A stretch of 53,799 nucleotides of DNA from a virus (taxonomy: Duplodnaviria; Caudoviricetes): IMG/VR virus record IMGVR_UViG_3300033067_001170, positions 1 through 53,799 of that record; one strand, given 5' to 3'. The position numbers and the translations under genes were made by a program. This document shows positions 1 through 7,836 of the stretch, piece after piece (within the stretch, counting starts at the first letter, position 1; each line of letters begins with the position of its first letter). Below the pieces are notes generated by a model that was not told the DNA's origin, ran no database searches, and was given only the letters and a program-made list of their open reading frames with translations.

Positions 1-134
1 ATTGTCAACCGTATGTAATCTTTTGTGCACTCAATTACAGTTCCCGCATCGGGAAAACAGTTACAAGCATGTTTCCTCTATATAGACTTAACCATACTAA
101 AGTGATTCCTGCGACTCCTTTTAAATTGGATAAT

Positions 135-1562
135 TTATAAATTTGCTGAAAATTGTGATATTATTCCATTATCTTTTCCCCAAACAAACCCTTCACCTGC
201 TCTTATTTGCCCCACAAATCCCTTCTGGAAGTGCCAAGCATCATTAGGTGTCAATGATCTCATGAACCTAACAGTAGTGCCCTTAAACTCTTTAGTAGAC
301 AACCACTTCATTACTTTCTGGTGATGAACATGACCCAAATGCCATTCTCGGTATTTAGTATCTGACCACATTTGAGGAACTTCACTCGCCATAAGTAATG
401 GAAGATCGTCTATCTTTTCATCTTTTCCATGAGTAAATCCTATCAGATTTTTACCATACTGATAATACTTTCTACTTGTAGGTCTGTTATCAACATTAAC
501 ATTAGGATGACTATGATACCAACATTCTAAAGCATCACCCAAGTAGAATGTTCTTTCAAAATCATGATTACCTGGAATAACTATAATATCTACAGGAGCA
601 ATTTGAGTTAACATATCTACTGCACTTATTATAAGTTGTCTACCTCTCTTAAATGTTTTTTGCCATCTTGTATCTTCACTTTGCGGAGTACCATTAGATG
701 TCACATTCAATCTACTATCAACGTTAAAAAAATCATTTCCTACAGGTAAAAGAATTTTTTCAATACCATAAGGATTAGCATAAGATAGTAATTGAGACAC
801 ACAATTCAAATAGATATCTCTTGCTATATGAATATCAAAATTTTCCCCAGTTTCATCTTCCCAAGAATGTTTACCGAAATGTAAATCAAATATATTAACT
901 TGGAATAATGCTTTATCTTTGTCAATTTGTTTATATTTTATTTTAGGATAAACTATACTGTGTTTTTTTATTTCGTCTAAAAGTTCTTCCCTAAGATTAG
1001 TTGTTTCAATCTTTTGTTTGTTTCTAACCATTACAACTTTTACTTGCCACAATTCCTGTCTAACAAATTCATTTTTTCGTATAGCATGCCCACTCATAAG
1101 TTGTTGCCTACCTATAGACTTTCCCTTATCATCAACAACATCATCTACTATCCATTTAAGGTCTTGATCTCTATATTTAGATGCAACTTCCCATTTATTA
1201 CATTCCCATCTTTCAACTTTCCAAATATCAGTATCGATACCTAACACATCTATAAGTTGCTTTTCGGTTTTTATTTGTTCCCCACTATACTTCTTAGAAT
1301 ATTCGTATTTTTCTCCACCTTCCGTATATTTATGATTTTCTGTATTATTACTATTTGCAGATTCGGAAGATTTATTAAACTCTCTACTTTCTCCATTCTT
1401 AAATTTTTTACGTTCTTTTAATACAGCATCCCTAACACTTTTTCGTTTCCAAGAACCATATGCTCTAGGATATTCTTTCATCAAAATATCTGCTAATTCT
1501 CCATTTCCTTTATCTGGATATTTAAGTAATAATTCATATATTAATTCTGAGTTGCTTTTCAT
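135..1562 (-). CDS. Calcineurin-like metallophosphoesterase (phage)
   Basis: DLHFG, GNDFFNVD, PGNHD, THG and GHVHH motifs. Confidence 0.8.
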   Translation of the reverse strand: MKSNSELIYELLLKYPDKGNGELADILMKEYPRAYGSWKRKSVRDAVLKERKKFKNGESREFNKSSESANSNNTENHKYTEGGEKYEYSKKYSGEQIKTEKQLIDVLGIDTDIWKVERWECNKWEVASKYRDQDLKWIVDDVVDDKGKSIGRQQLMSGHAIRKNEFVRQELWQVKVVMVRNKQKIETTNLREELLDEIKKHSIVYPKIKYKQIDKDKALFQVNIFDLHFGKHSWEDETGENFDIHIARDIYLNCVSQLLSYANPYGIEKILLPVGNDFFNVDSRLNVTSNGTPQSEDTRWQKTFKRGRQLIISAVDMLTQIAPVDIIVIPGNHDFERTFYLGDALECWYHSHPNVNVDNRPTSRKYYQYGKNLIGFTHGKDEKIDDLPLLMASEVPQMWSDTKYREWHLGHVHHQKVMKWLSTKEFKGTTVRFMRSLTPNDAWHFQKGFVGQIRAGEGFVWGKDNGIISQFSANL

Positions 1563-1572
1563 CTAAGTTTCC

Positions 1573-2406
1573 TTATTGTTGAGAAATACGTTGTTGGAAG
1601 TTCCAATTTTCTATAAATATAAAATCTCCTGGGTCTTTAGTTAAACCTATCCGTTCAAACGGAGAATTTTCATAAAAAGATTCTATTAAAATTGTTGGGA
1701 TTTCACACAGCAGACTTAAAGTTTTAACCCAAGTATCTACTGAATAAACTGTTGTTGCTTTACAAATTATACCAAATAATTTGTCTAAAGGTTCATCACA
1801 TAATATCTTTATGTTTCTTTCTGATAAATCATTATGGACAAATGTGATTCCATAAAAACTTTCTAACTCTTTACTAGTAGAGATTAGATATTTTACAGAT
1901 TCTTTATCTTCATCTATCAACTTTAATAATAGATCAGGTTTAATATACTTGTGTTTCCAATCAGTATCAGAACTCCCACCAGTAGGAGCAAACACAGAAT
2001 ATTTTTTATTTGTATTATTAATTGACCAATTTAATGTCCATACAGGAAGTGTTTCTATACCATACTTAGCAAACACGTCACAATTATTCCACTCAGAAAC
2101 ATATTGTAAATTGTCTGGTATATGTGCTTTGGAAAGAAATTTTTCATCATTTAGTATTTGAGAAAAATATAAATGAGAATTATCTATTGTAGATTCTAAA
2201 TAGTTCGGAAGAACTATAGATTTTTCTATCTTTGGAAATAGTTTAACTAATTCTTTTACAACATTTGGATTGTTTGCCCAAAATATCAATCCAAGTTTAT
2301 TATACTTATCATAATTACCATCGGACATTAACAACAAAAAATCACCTATACCCCCTATCCCAAATAAGAAAGGAAGTTTTAGTTTTTCACCAATATTTTT
2401 AAACAT
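1573..2406 (-). CDS. Glycosyltransferase family 9-like (heptosyltransferase-like, GT-B)
   Basis: GGIGDFLL at N-terminus; SVDTWVKTLSLLCEIPT resembles the GT9 DSG..H.A....P motif. Confidence 0.55.
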   Translation of the reverse strand: MFKNIGEKLKLPFLFGIGGIGDFLLLMSDGNYDKYNKLGLIFWANNPNVVKELVKLFPKIEKSIVLPNYLESTIDNSHLYFSQILNDEKFLSKAHIPDNLQYVSEWNNCDVFAKYGIETLPVWTLNWSINNTNKKYSVFAPTGGSSDTDWKHKYIKPDLLLKLIDEDKESVKYLISTSKELESFYGITFVHNDLSERNIKILCDEPLDKLFGIICKATTVYSVDTWVKTLSLLCEIPTILIESFYENSPFERIGLTKDPGDFIFIENWNFQQRISQQ

Positions 2407-2752
2407 ATTTACCTTTAAGTTTACAAATAACTTTAAATTCTAATATTTTATTATGTGGAGTACAATGCCCATATCTATTAAAATTATCCTTTAGAAAAAT
2501 AAATATTAAACTTCGTTTGAAATTTTCATATGCATAATCCCCATCAATATAAGTATTATAATTATCACTTCCCAAATACGTATCTTTGTAATACAAATCT
2601 CTAAAAAAATCGTATTGTCTATAACACTCATGCCTAAAATTTAAATTACCAATATCTAATTTAAACTCTTTACAAAACTTTATAATATTAGAATTATCAT
2701 TAAGAGTTATATGCCCACCATCATCACTATCTATTATACTATATTCGTTCAT
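2399..2752 (-). CDS. Hypothetical protein with C-terminal CKLK motif
   Basis: ORF in a tightly packed operon; ends KVICKLKGKYV. Confidence 0.7.
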   Translation of the reverse strand: MNEYSIIDSDDGGHITLNDNSNIIKFCKEFKLDIGNLNFRHECYRQYDFFRDLYYKDTYLGSDNYNTYIDGDYAYENFKRSLIFIFLKDNFNRYGHCTPHNKILEFKVICKLKGKYV

Positions 2753-2964
2753 CCCAATAAAAGTTTATCTTTACCCACATTAGAAGCATGTTCTAACTTA
2801 CCCAAAACCGCCTGCAGGTTTTCTATTGCTTCGTCTTCTGTTGTTCCTTCGGCTCTACCACCATGAACATTGATCTCCGCAATAATTATATTTTCTTTTC
2901 CTTTTTTTCTTAACATTATAGAATATGGTTTATTCTTATAAGTTACTAACTTCAATCCTGGCAA
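2749..2964 (-). CDS. HicB-like antitoxin domain protein (stand-alone)
   Basis: GGRAEGTTEDEAIENLQAVL matches the HicB G.T.EEA..N pattern. Confidence 0.55.
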   Translation of the reverse strand: MPGLKLVTYKNKPYSIMLRKKGKENIIIAEINVHGGRAEGTTEDEAIENLQAVLGKLEHASNVGKDKLLLG

Positions 2965-2965
2965 T

Positions 2966-3172
2966 TTATTCTTCTCCTGTTTTATATATTGGCATTATTT
3001 TACTACCTGTCCATCCTTCACCCTTCAATCTAACTGATGGTGCTTTAGTTGGAAACAGTTTAGTAATATTGTCTGAACCACAGAACGGACATTTCTGAGA
3101 TTCAGACGAAGATAAAACTAATTTCTCGTAACTTTTTTTACAAGACTTACACTCAAAATCAAATGTTGGCAT
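2966..3172 (-). CDS. FmdB-family zinc-ribbon protein
   Basis: MPTFDFECKSC...CPFCGS...LKGEGW. Confidence 0.85.
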   Translation of the reverse strand: MPTFDFECKSCKKSYEKLVLSSSESQKCPFCGSDNITKLFPTKAPSVRLKGEGWTGSKIMPIYKTGEE

Positions 3173-3528
3173 TATTCTATTGTAACTCCATCTTTAACCT
3201 GAGTAAAATATTGCTTCCAAAATTCATGTCTAGCATCTTTATCTAAAGACCATACTATATTGTTATTTGGATTCTTGAACATCTTTTTAATAGCTTCTTT
3301 CCTACCCTTGATCTTGGAATACTTGTCATTAGGGTGACAAAATGCTGTCTGTTCACATAACACTTTCTTTTCAGAAAATTTATCAAATATGTACATAACG
3401 GCAGTAGTTTTTCCACTTTCATCAACCACTATTTTTCTAGGATGTATCATTTTACTACTGTACTCCAAAACAGGTGGAGTGTGAATAAAGTTTAAATAAT
3501 AAACTTCATTGTCGATTACGAACTTCAT
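3172..3528 (-). CDS. Hypothetical phage protein
   Basis: AFCHPNDKYSKIKGRKEA, a motif type common in phage proteins; overlapping stop/start junction. Confidence 0.7.
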   Translation of the reverse strand: MKFVIDNEVYYLNFIHTPPVLEYSSKMIHPRKIVVDESGKTTAVMYIFDKFSEKKVLCEQTAFCHPNDKYSKIKGRKEAIKKMFKNPNNNIVWSLDKDARHEFWKQYFTQVKDGVTIE

Positions 3529-3558
3529 AATCAGTTCCTTTCATATTATTGTAAATAA

Positions 3559-4341
3559 TTAGTTATTGTTTAAATATTCTTCTGTAAATGTTTTAAATCT
3601 TTGTTTCAAAATAACCATATACTTATAGTTTTTACTAGTTGAAAATTCATTTATTTTTTTAAGTGAATTATAAAATATTATTTTATTATCTATAAATGAT
3701 AACCCATGATTTGTTTCACAAATCAAAATAAACGAATTTAAAAATTGTACCCAACTTTTAGTACTCTTTTCATTTATTGCAGATATCAATTCCACTTCTT
3801 CTCTTAATTTTTCTAAAAATCTATTTAGCAATTCCTTCGATAAATTATCATCATCAATAACGTAGGAATGTTTAATGCTGTTTAACACTGTATTATCTTT
3901 AGTTCTAGATTCATCACCATCACCATAAGTATCATTCAAATCCATATCTATAGAAATATGTTTTGCAATTTTATCTGAATACTTTCGTATCTTCTGAATT
4001 AAATATCTTCTAACGGATGTTCCTATATACGCATAAGATTTTTGTCTGGTAACATCATACTTAGGCAACACCGTCTCTATTATATGAACCATACATTGTT
4101 GTTTTATATCTTCTATACCATCATGTTCGAACTTATGCAACTTATATCTATAAACTATACTTTCTATTAGTTTACTTATAGGTTTGTATAAATTCTTCTC
4201 AAATATTATACTTTTCTTAATATAATCTTTTTCTTGGATATAATCAACTATATATTGATCAACAGAATCATCCCAATAATTCTTTTTGGTTTCCGTTTTA
4301 GGAGCATCTATATCATTAGTTGTTTTCAAAAATATCTCCAA
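3559..4341 (-). CDS. Phage sigma factor-like protein (T4 gp55-like late sigma)
   Basis: Sigma region 2-like EDIKQQCMVHIIETVLPKYD...KSYAYIGTSVRRYLIQ. Confidence 0.65.
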   Translation of the reverse strand: MEIFLKTTNDIDAPKTETKKNYWDDSVDQYIVDYIQEKDYIKKSIIFEKNLYKPISKLIESIVYRYKLHKFEHDGIEDIKQQCMVHIIETVLPKYDVTRQKSYAYIGTSVRRYLIQKIRKYSDKIAKHISIDMDLNDTYGDGDESRTKDNTVLNSIKHSYVIDDDNLSKELLNRFLEKLREEVELISAINEKSTKSWVQFLNSFILICETNHGLSFIDNKIIFYNSLKKINEFSTSKNYKYMVILKQRFKTFTEEYLNNN

Positions 4342-4765
4342 CTGTTTTATTATATTGTTCTATATGTATAGCAAACTCCTTATCGAAATTTAGAGTTTCC
4401 TTTATAAAATGCTGTATAACTGGGTCATCCCCAAAATATCTATGCTTCATTATATTATCAATCCCTGTACTCTTGTAAATCGAATATAATGAAATAAGTT
4501 TCTTCATGCTCTCCGATGAAAATTCATAATATGAATTGAGAGCTTGTGCTCTTACAGCTAACTCCATACCTTCTTCTGTCATCTCAGCAATCTGTGTGGA
4601 TAGTTCTTCTATCTTTTTATACTTATCTTCCAATACCGCATCTTTAGTTTCTTTACTAATATGAAGTTTAGTTATATAAGCAATTAATCCTAAAAAAACT
4701 ATACCCATCATAAGTATAGATACCACATATCCCGATATTAAATATACATCAACTGTATTTCCCAT
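4316..4765 (-). CDS. Membrane-anchored coiled-coil hypothetical protein
   Basis: N-terminal hydrophobic helix followed by coiled coil; DDP motif; GGAG SD. Confidence 0.7.
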   Translation of the reverse strand: MGNTVDVYLISGYVVSILMMGIVFLGLIAYITKLHISKETKDAVLEDKYKKIEELSTQIAEMTEEGMELAVRAQALNSYYEFSSESMKKLISLYSIYKSTGIDNIMKHRYFGDDPVIQHFIKETLNFDKEFAIHIEQYNKTVGDIFENN

Positions 4766-4776
4766 TACTTTCTCCG

Positions 4777-5682
4777 TTATTCTTCTTCTGGTTCATTAAA
4801 AAAATCTATAGGCACATTAAAAAATGTAGAATATGATAACTTATATTTTCTATAAGCTAATAACAAATTATTAACTGAACCATACCCAATATTTTTTTTA
4901 GATGCCACATCACCAAACATTCTTTGTCCACCATAATTTTTCATACCCTGTCTTGTTCCCATCGGGTATTTTTTATATGGTTTCAATTCTAAATTAGCTG
5001 ATGCTTTTCCCAATTTCATTGCTACTGTTTGTGGAGATAATCGTCTAACATCCCCCATCTTCATACCTAATGCTTTACTAACAGCATACGGTTTTAATAT
5101 TCCATAATAAAAATAATACATATCAACATTAGGATATTTTATTGCAAATGTCATTATTTTTCTTAGTTCAGGTAAAGACAAATATCTTAAATTAAATCCT
5201 TCCACCAAATTATGAACTCTATCATAAAACATAGCAAAAACCTGCGGATTAGGGTCATGCTTAAAATTTCCATACAACATATTTACAAGTAGTGGGAATT
5301 TTATTTTTTGCCCTGTCTCTAAAGATTTTATATATCCAGCATCCACATTTTGTTGTTTAGGTAATTCATCTTTTTCGTAATATATATCCACCACAGCATT
5401 TTTCAATATCATTGGTAATCTATCATAGTTATCAGGATTTTTCATGTAATCTGAGATTACCGTTTGTCTATTTTTTATACCACGTAATTCTTTATTAGTT
5501 TTAACTTCAGGACGCTTAAGAAAATTATCGATAACTTCATTATAATTCAATTCAATTGGAGCGCCATGCACACTCCTTGTTGGCAAACCTAATAACTTCA
5601 AAACATTCTGCTGAAATCCGTTGTACACAAAGGAACTATTTTCCACGTTTTGAACATCCCACATTATTTTTTCTATTGCCAT
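4777..5682 (-). CDS. Putative DNA end protector-like protein (T4 gp2-like)
   Basis: EGFNLRYLS resembles the gp2 GLNLHYL motif; YRKY near C-terminus. Confidence 0.45.
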   Translation of the reverse strand: MAIEKIMWDVQNVENSSFVYNGFQQNVLKLLGLPTRSVHGAPIELNYNEVIDNFLKRPEVKTNKELRGIKNRQTVISDYMKNPDNYDRLPMILKNAVVDIYYEKDELPKQQNVDAGYIKSLETGQKIKFPLLVNMLYGNFKHDPNPQVFAMFYDRVHNLVEGFNLRYLSLPELRKIMTFAIKYPNVDMYYFYYGILKPYAVSKALGMKMGDVRRLSPQTVAMKLGKASANLELKPYKKYPMGTRQGMKNYGGQRMFGDVASKKNIGYGSVNNLLLAYRKYKLSYSTFFNVPIDFFNEPEEE

Positions 5683-5844
5683 TTATATCTTTTTCAATTT
5701 GCAAACTATTTTAAAATTTTTTGTTTTTCTAATGAAAATATTTCTACCATTTTCATCTTTTTTATGAACACATAAGTATTTAACTGGCATAAAAGTAACA
5801 GCATCATATATTACTGGAAACAATGTATAAAATTCATTTTTCAT
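5683..5844 (-). CDS. Small hypothetical protein (53 aa, absent from ORF track) with C-terminal CKLK motif
   Basis: Manual translation MKNEFYTLFP...NFKIVCKLKKI*; stop directly abuts the next ATG. Confidence 0.65.
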   Translation of the reverse strand: MKNEFYTLFPVIYDAVTFMPVKYLCVHKKDENGRNIFIRKTKNFKIVCKLKKI

Positions 5845-5848
5845 ATTG

Positions 5849-5920
5849 TACTATTAACTGGACTCGAACCAATATCTTTAGTTTCGTAGACTAATGTGCT
5901 ATCCGTTGCACCATAATAGC
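5849..5920 (-). tRNA. tRNA-Arg(ACG)
   Basis: Acceptor GCTATTA/TAATAGT, anticodon arm TTAGT-CTACGAA-ACTAA, T loop TTCGAGT; no encoded CCA. Confidence 0.9.
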
Positions 5921-5924
5921 ATAG

Positions 5925-5996
5925 TACTGTCGGTAGGATTCGAACCCACATAAAACACCTTAGAAGGGTGTTGCACATCCATTATACCACGACAGC
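5925..5996 (-). tRNA. tRNA-Arg(TCT)
   Basis: Acceptor GCTGTCG/CGACAGT, anticodon arm ACACC-CTTCTAA-GGTGT, T loop TTCGAAT. Confidence 0.9.
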
Positions 5997-6410
5997 ATTT
6001 TCAACCATAAGATAATCTTTTGCCCATTTTATATTTTTGAATTGATTATTTTTAGGAGTCTCAATTCTCAATGAAATACTCTTTTCATGTTCCATAGGAT
6101 TTATATAATAACAAGTATCTGTATCTGGTGAATAAATACACATAATATCAATATCCGTTTTATTTATTCGTATAGAGTGATTTCCATACTTGTCACTCCA
6201 ATTACTTTTGAAATCTACTATTAAAATACCATGCTTAGATTTTCTATATTTAACAGATACTCGTAAAAATTTTCCATCCCTATATGCAACCAAATCAAAT
6301 GGTAAATGTTCTGAATTAGAGAAAAAAACATAATACCCCTTAGACACTAAATCTGCAAATGCTTTAGCAACTCCCAAATCACCCTTCTCTTTAGTATGGT
6401 GTGTTTTCAT
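5982..6410 (-). CDS. PD-(D/E)XK homing endonuclease (I-Ssp6803I-like, PDDEXK_5 type)
   Basis: TKEKGDLG...PFDLVA...RVSVKY...DIDIMCIYSP pattern; last codons overlap tRNA-Arg(TCT). Confidence 0.8.
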   Translation of the reverse strand: MKTHHTKEKGDLGVAKAFADLVSKGYYVFFSNSEHLPFDLVAYRDGKFLRVSVKYRKSKHGILIVDFKSNWSDKYGNHSIRINKTDIDIMCIYSPDTDTCYYINPMEHEKSISLRIETPKNNQFKNIKWAKDYLMVENAVVV

Positions 6411-6411
6411 A

Positions 6412-6705
6412 TTAGTCCACTCTTTGCAATCTTACTATACTTTGTATTGCTAACTCCATCTTCCGTCTTGCAGATTCGTTAGCACTATGTATTTTTATTT
6501 TAGGTGCTTTAAACATTTTATTAAAATATACTTCTTCTTCAATCCACAACAATACATCATATCCTGTTTTCTCATAACCCAAATCATGATCTAACGATAA
6601 TTCAGTTACTTTACCTGTTTTTAACAGGTCTAATGTTTCACAAACAGTTCTTGTTAGTGTCCATCCTATAGGTGATTCTCTCAAATCGTCAAGATATACT
6701 TTCAT
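6412..6705 (-). CDS. Cyclic-phosphate processing receiver-like domain protein
   Basis: YLDDLR..P.GW, SLDHDLG, TGYDVLLWIEE and IHSAN motifs. Confidence 0.8.
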   Translation of the reverse strand: MKVYLDDLRESPIGWTLTRTVCETLDLLKTGKVTELSLDHDLGYEKTGYDVLLWIEEEVYFNKMFKAPKIKIHSANESARRKMELAIQSIVRLQRVD

Positions 6706-6958
6706 TTGATTTTACTGGGTTTAATATGTGTTGCGTTAATTTTCTACAAATAATAGATACTATTTCTTTAGATGCTGATAGTGTTCCCACAACATCATCT
6801 AATTCTTGAATATAGTTAGGATTCCACCTAACTACCATAGATTTAATTGGTTCTAATGTTTCACTATTAAAAACCGTACCTTGATTGTCTACAATTTCTA
6901 TATTATTTTCTATACGTTCTATTATATCATTTTTAGTTTGTTCTAAATGTTCTTGCAT
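6689..6958 (-). CDS. Hypothetical protein resembling a short gp23 capsid segment
   Basis: RWNPNYIQELDDVVGTLSASKEIVSII pattern. Confidence 0.6.
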   Translation of the reverse strand: MQEHLEQTKNDIIERIENNIEIVDNQGTVFNSETLEPIKSMVVRWNPNYIQELDDVVGTLSASKEIVSIICRKLTQHILNPVKSNESIS

Positions 6959-7388
6959 TAATATTTCTCATATTATTTAATTGTTTATTTAATTTGTAAT
7001 CTAAATGCCATTTAACTCTCTTAATTTGATTATTTTTAGTAGGATTAACTCTTAACGTTCCCACACTTTCAGACACATCATCCACAGAAATCAAATATAT
7101 ATTGTTAGTACCACAGCAATATACCGCAAAATAGTCTATTTGTCCTTTATAAGATTTTCTATTTCCTCCTCTATGATAACTAGAACTTGATGTTGAAAAT
7201 TCAATACTTCCATCTTTCAGTATTCCTGTTTTAGATTGTATCTTATATAAAACATTATCAACATCTATAATAAAATCATATCGCTGATTATCACCAAAAG
7301 GAATAGATACTGAAACATCATTATTAATAAATTCTGATATTATAGATATCTCGGTTTTTTCTCCAACCATTTTACTATTTTGTTTCAT
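6933..7388 (-). CDS. PD-(D/E)XK homing endonuclease (I-Ssp6803I-like); start revised to 7388
   Basis: SKMVGEKTE...PFGDNQRYDFIID...KIQSKT...IDYFAVYC; the track's upstream extension is tRNA-Asn sequence. Confidence 0.85.
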   Translation of the reverse strand: MKQNSKMVGEKTEISIISEFINNDVSVSIPFGDNQRYDFIIDVDNVLYKIQSKTGILKDGSIEFSTSSSSYHRGGNRKSYKGQIDYFAVYCCGTNNIYLISVDDVSESVGTLRVNPTKNNQIKRVKWHLDYKLNKQLNNMRNINARTFRTN

Positions 7389-7390
7389 AG

Positions 7391-7462
7391 CTCCGTAAGC
7401 AGGACTCGAACCTGCAACTTCCACTTTAACAGAGTGGCACTCTACCATTGAGTTATTACGGA
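7391..7462 (-). tRNA. tRNA-Asn(GTT)
   Basis: Acceptor TCCGTAA/TTACGGA, G73, anticodon arm CCACT-CTGTTAA-AGTGG. Confidence 0.92.
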
Positions 7463-7475
7463 ATATATTATATAC

Positions 7476-7504
7476 AATATATGAAAATTATTACCCAAAG
7501 TCAA
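7476..7504 (-). promoter_or_regulatory. Sigma70-type promoter
   Basis: TTGACT-17-TATATT just upstream of tRNA-Asn. Confidence 0.75.
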
Positions 7505-7836
7505 CCATTACCAATATAATCCATTACTGATTTTTCTTCGGGAACTATACACATAATATCGTCTGCGTAAATAGATATTAGAATAATATCAATATACGCT
7601 CCCGATGCTTTTGCTTTGTAAACTATCTGATCGCATCTGTCCTTTTCAAATACAACTCTATCCCCAACCTTTAATCCGTGTTTAACAGATTCTTCTTCGT
7701 TTATTATATACACTCTACCAAAAGCAGTATTATCTGATTTTTCTCTCAATCCTAAATCATATACAATTCCAGATACTGTACGTTTAACTGATTCATTCTC
7801 TAATTTCAAAAACACTCGTCCATTTATAGGTCTCAT
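7501..7836 (-). CDS. groES: GroES-like co-chaperonin
   Basis: MRPINGRVFLK...TVSGIV...LKVGDRVVF...DDIMCIV. Confidence 0.75.
   Translation of the reverse strand: MRPINGRVFLKLENESVKRTVSGIVYDLGLREKSDNTAFGRVYIINEEESVKHGLKVGDRVVFEKDRCDQIVYKAKASGAYIDIILISIYADDIMCIVPEEKSVMDYIGNG

Noticed and set aside
7389-7448. N-terminal 20 aa of ORF 6933..7448
   Set aside because: It is translation through tRNA-Asn; family similarity begins at ATG 7388.
5925-7462. Group I intron splitting a tRNA around the PD-(D/E)XK ORFs
   Set aside because: All flanking tRNAs are complete, and the intervening space is filled by ORFs with no room for an intron core.
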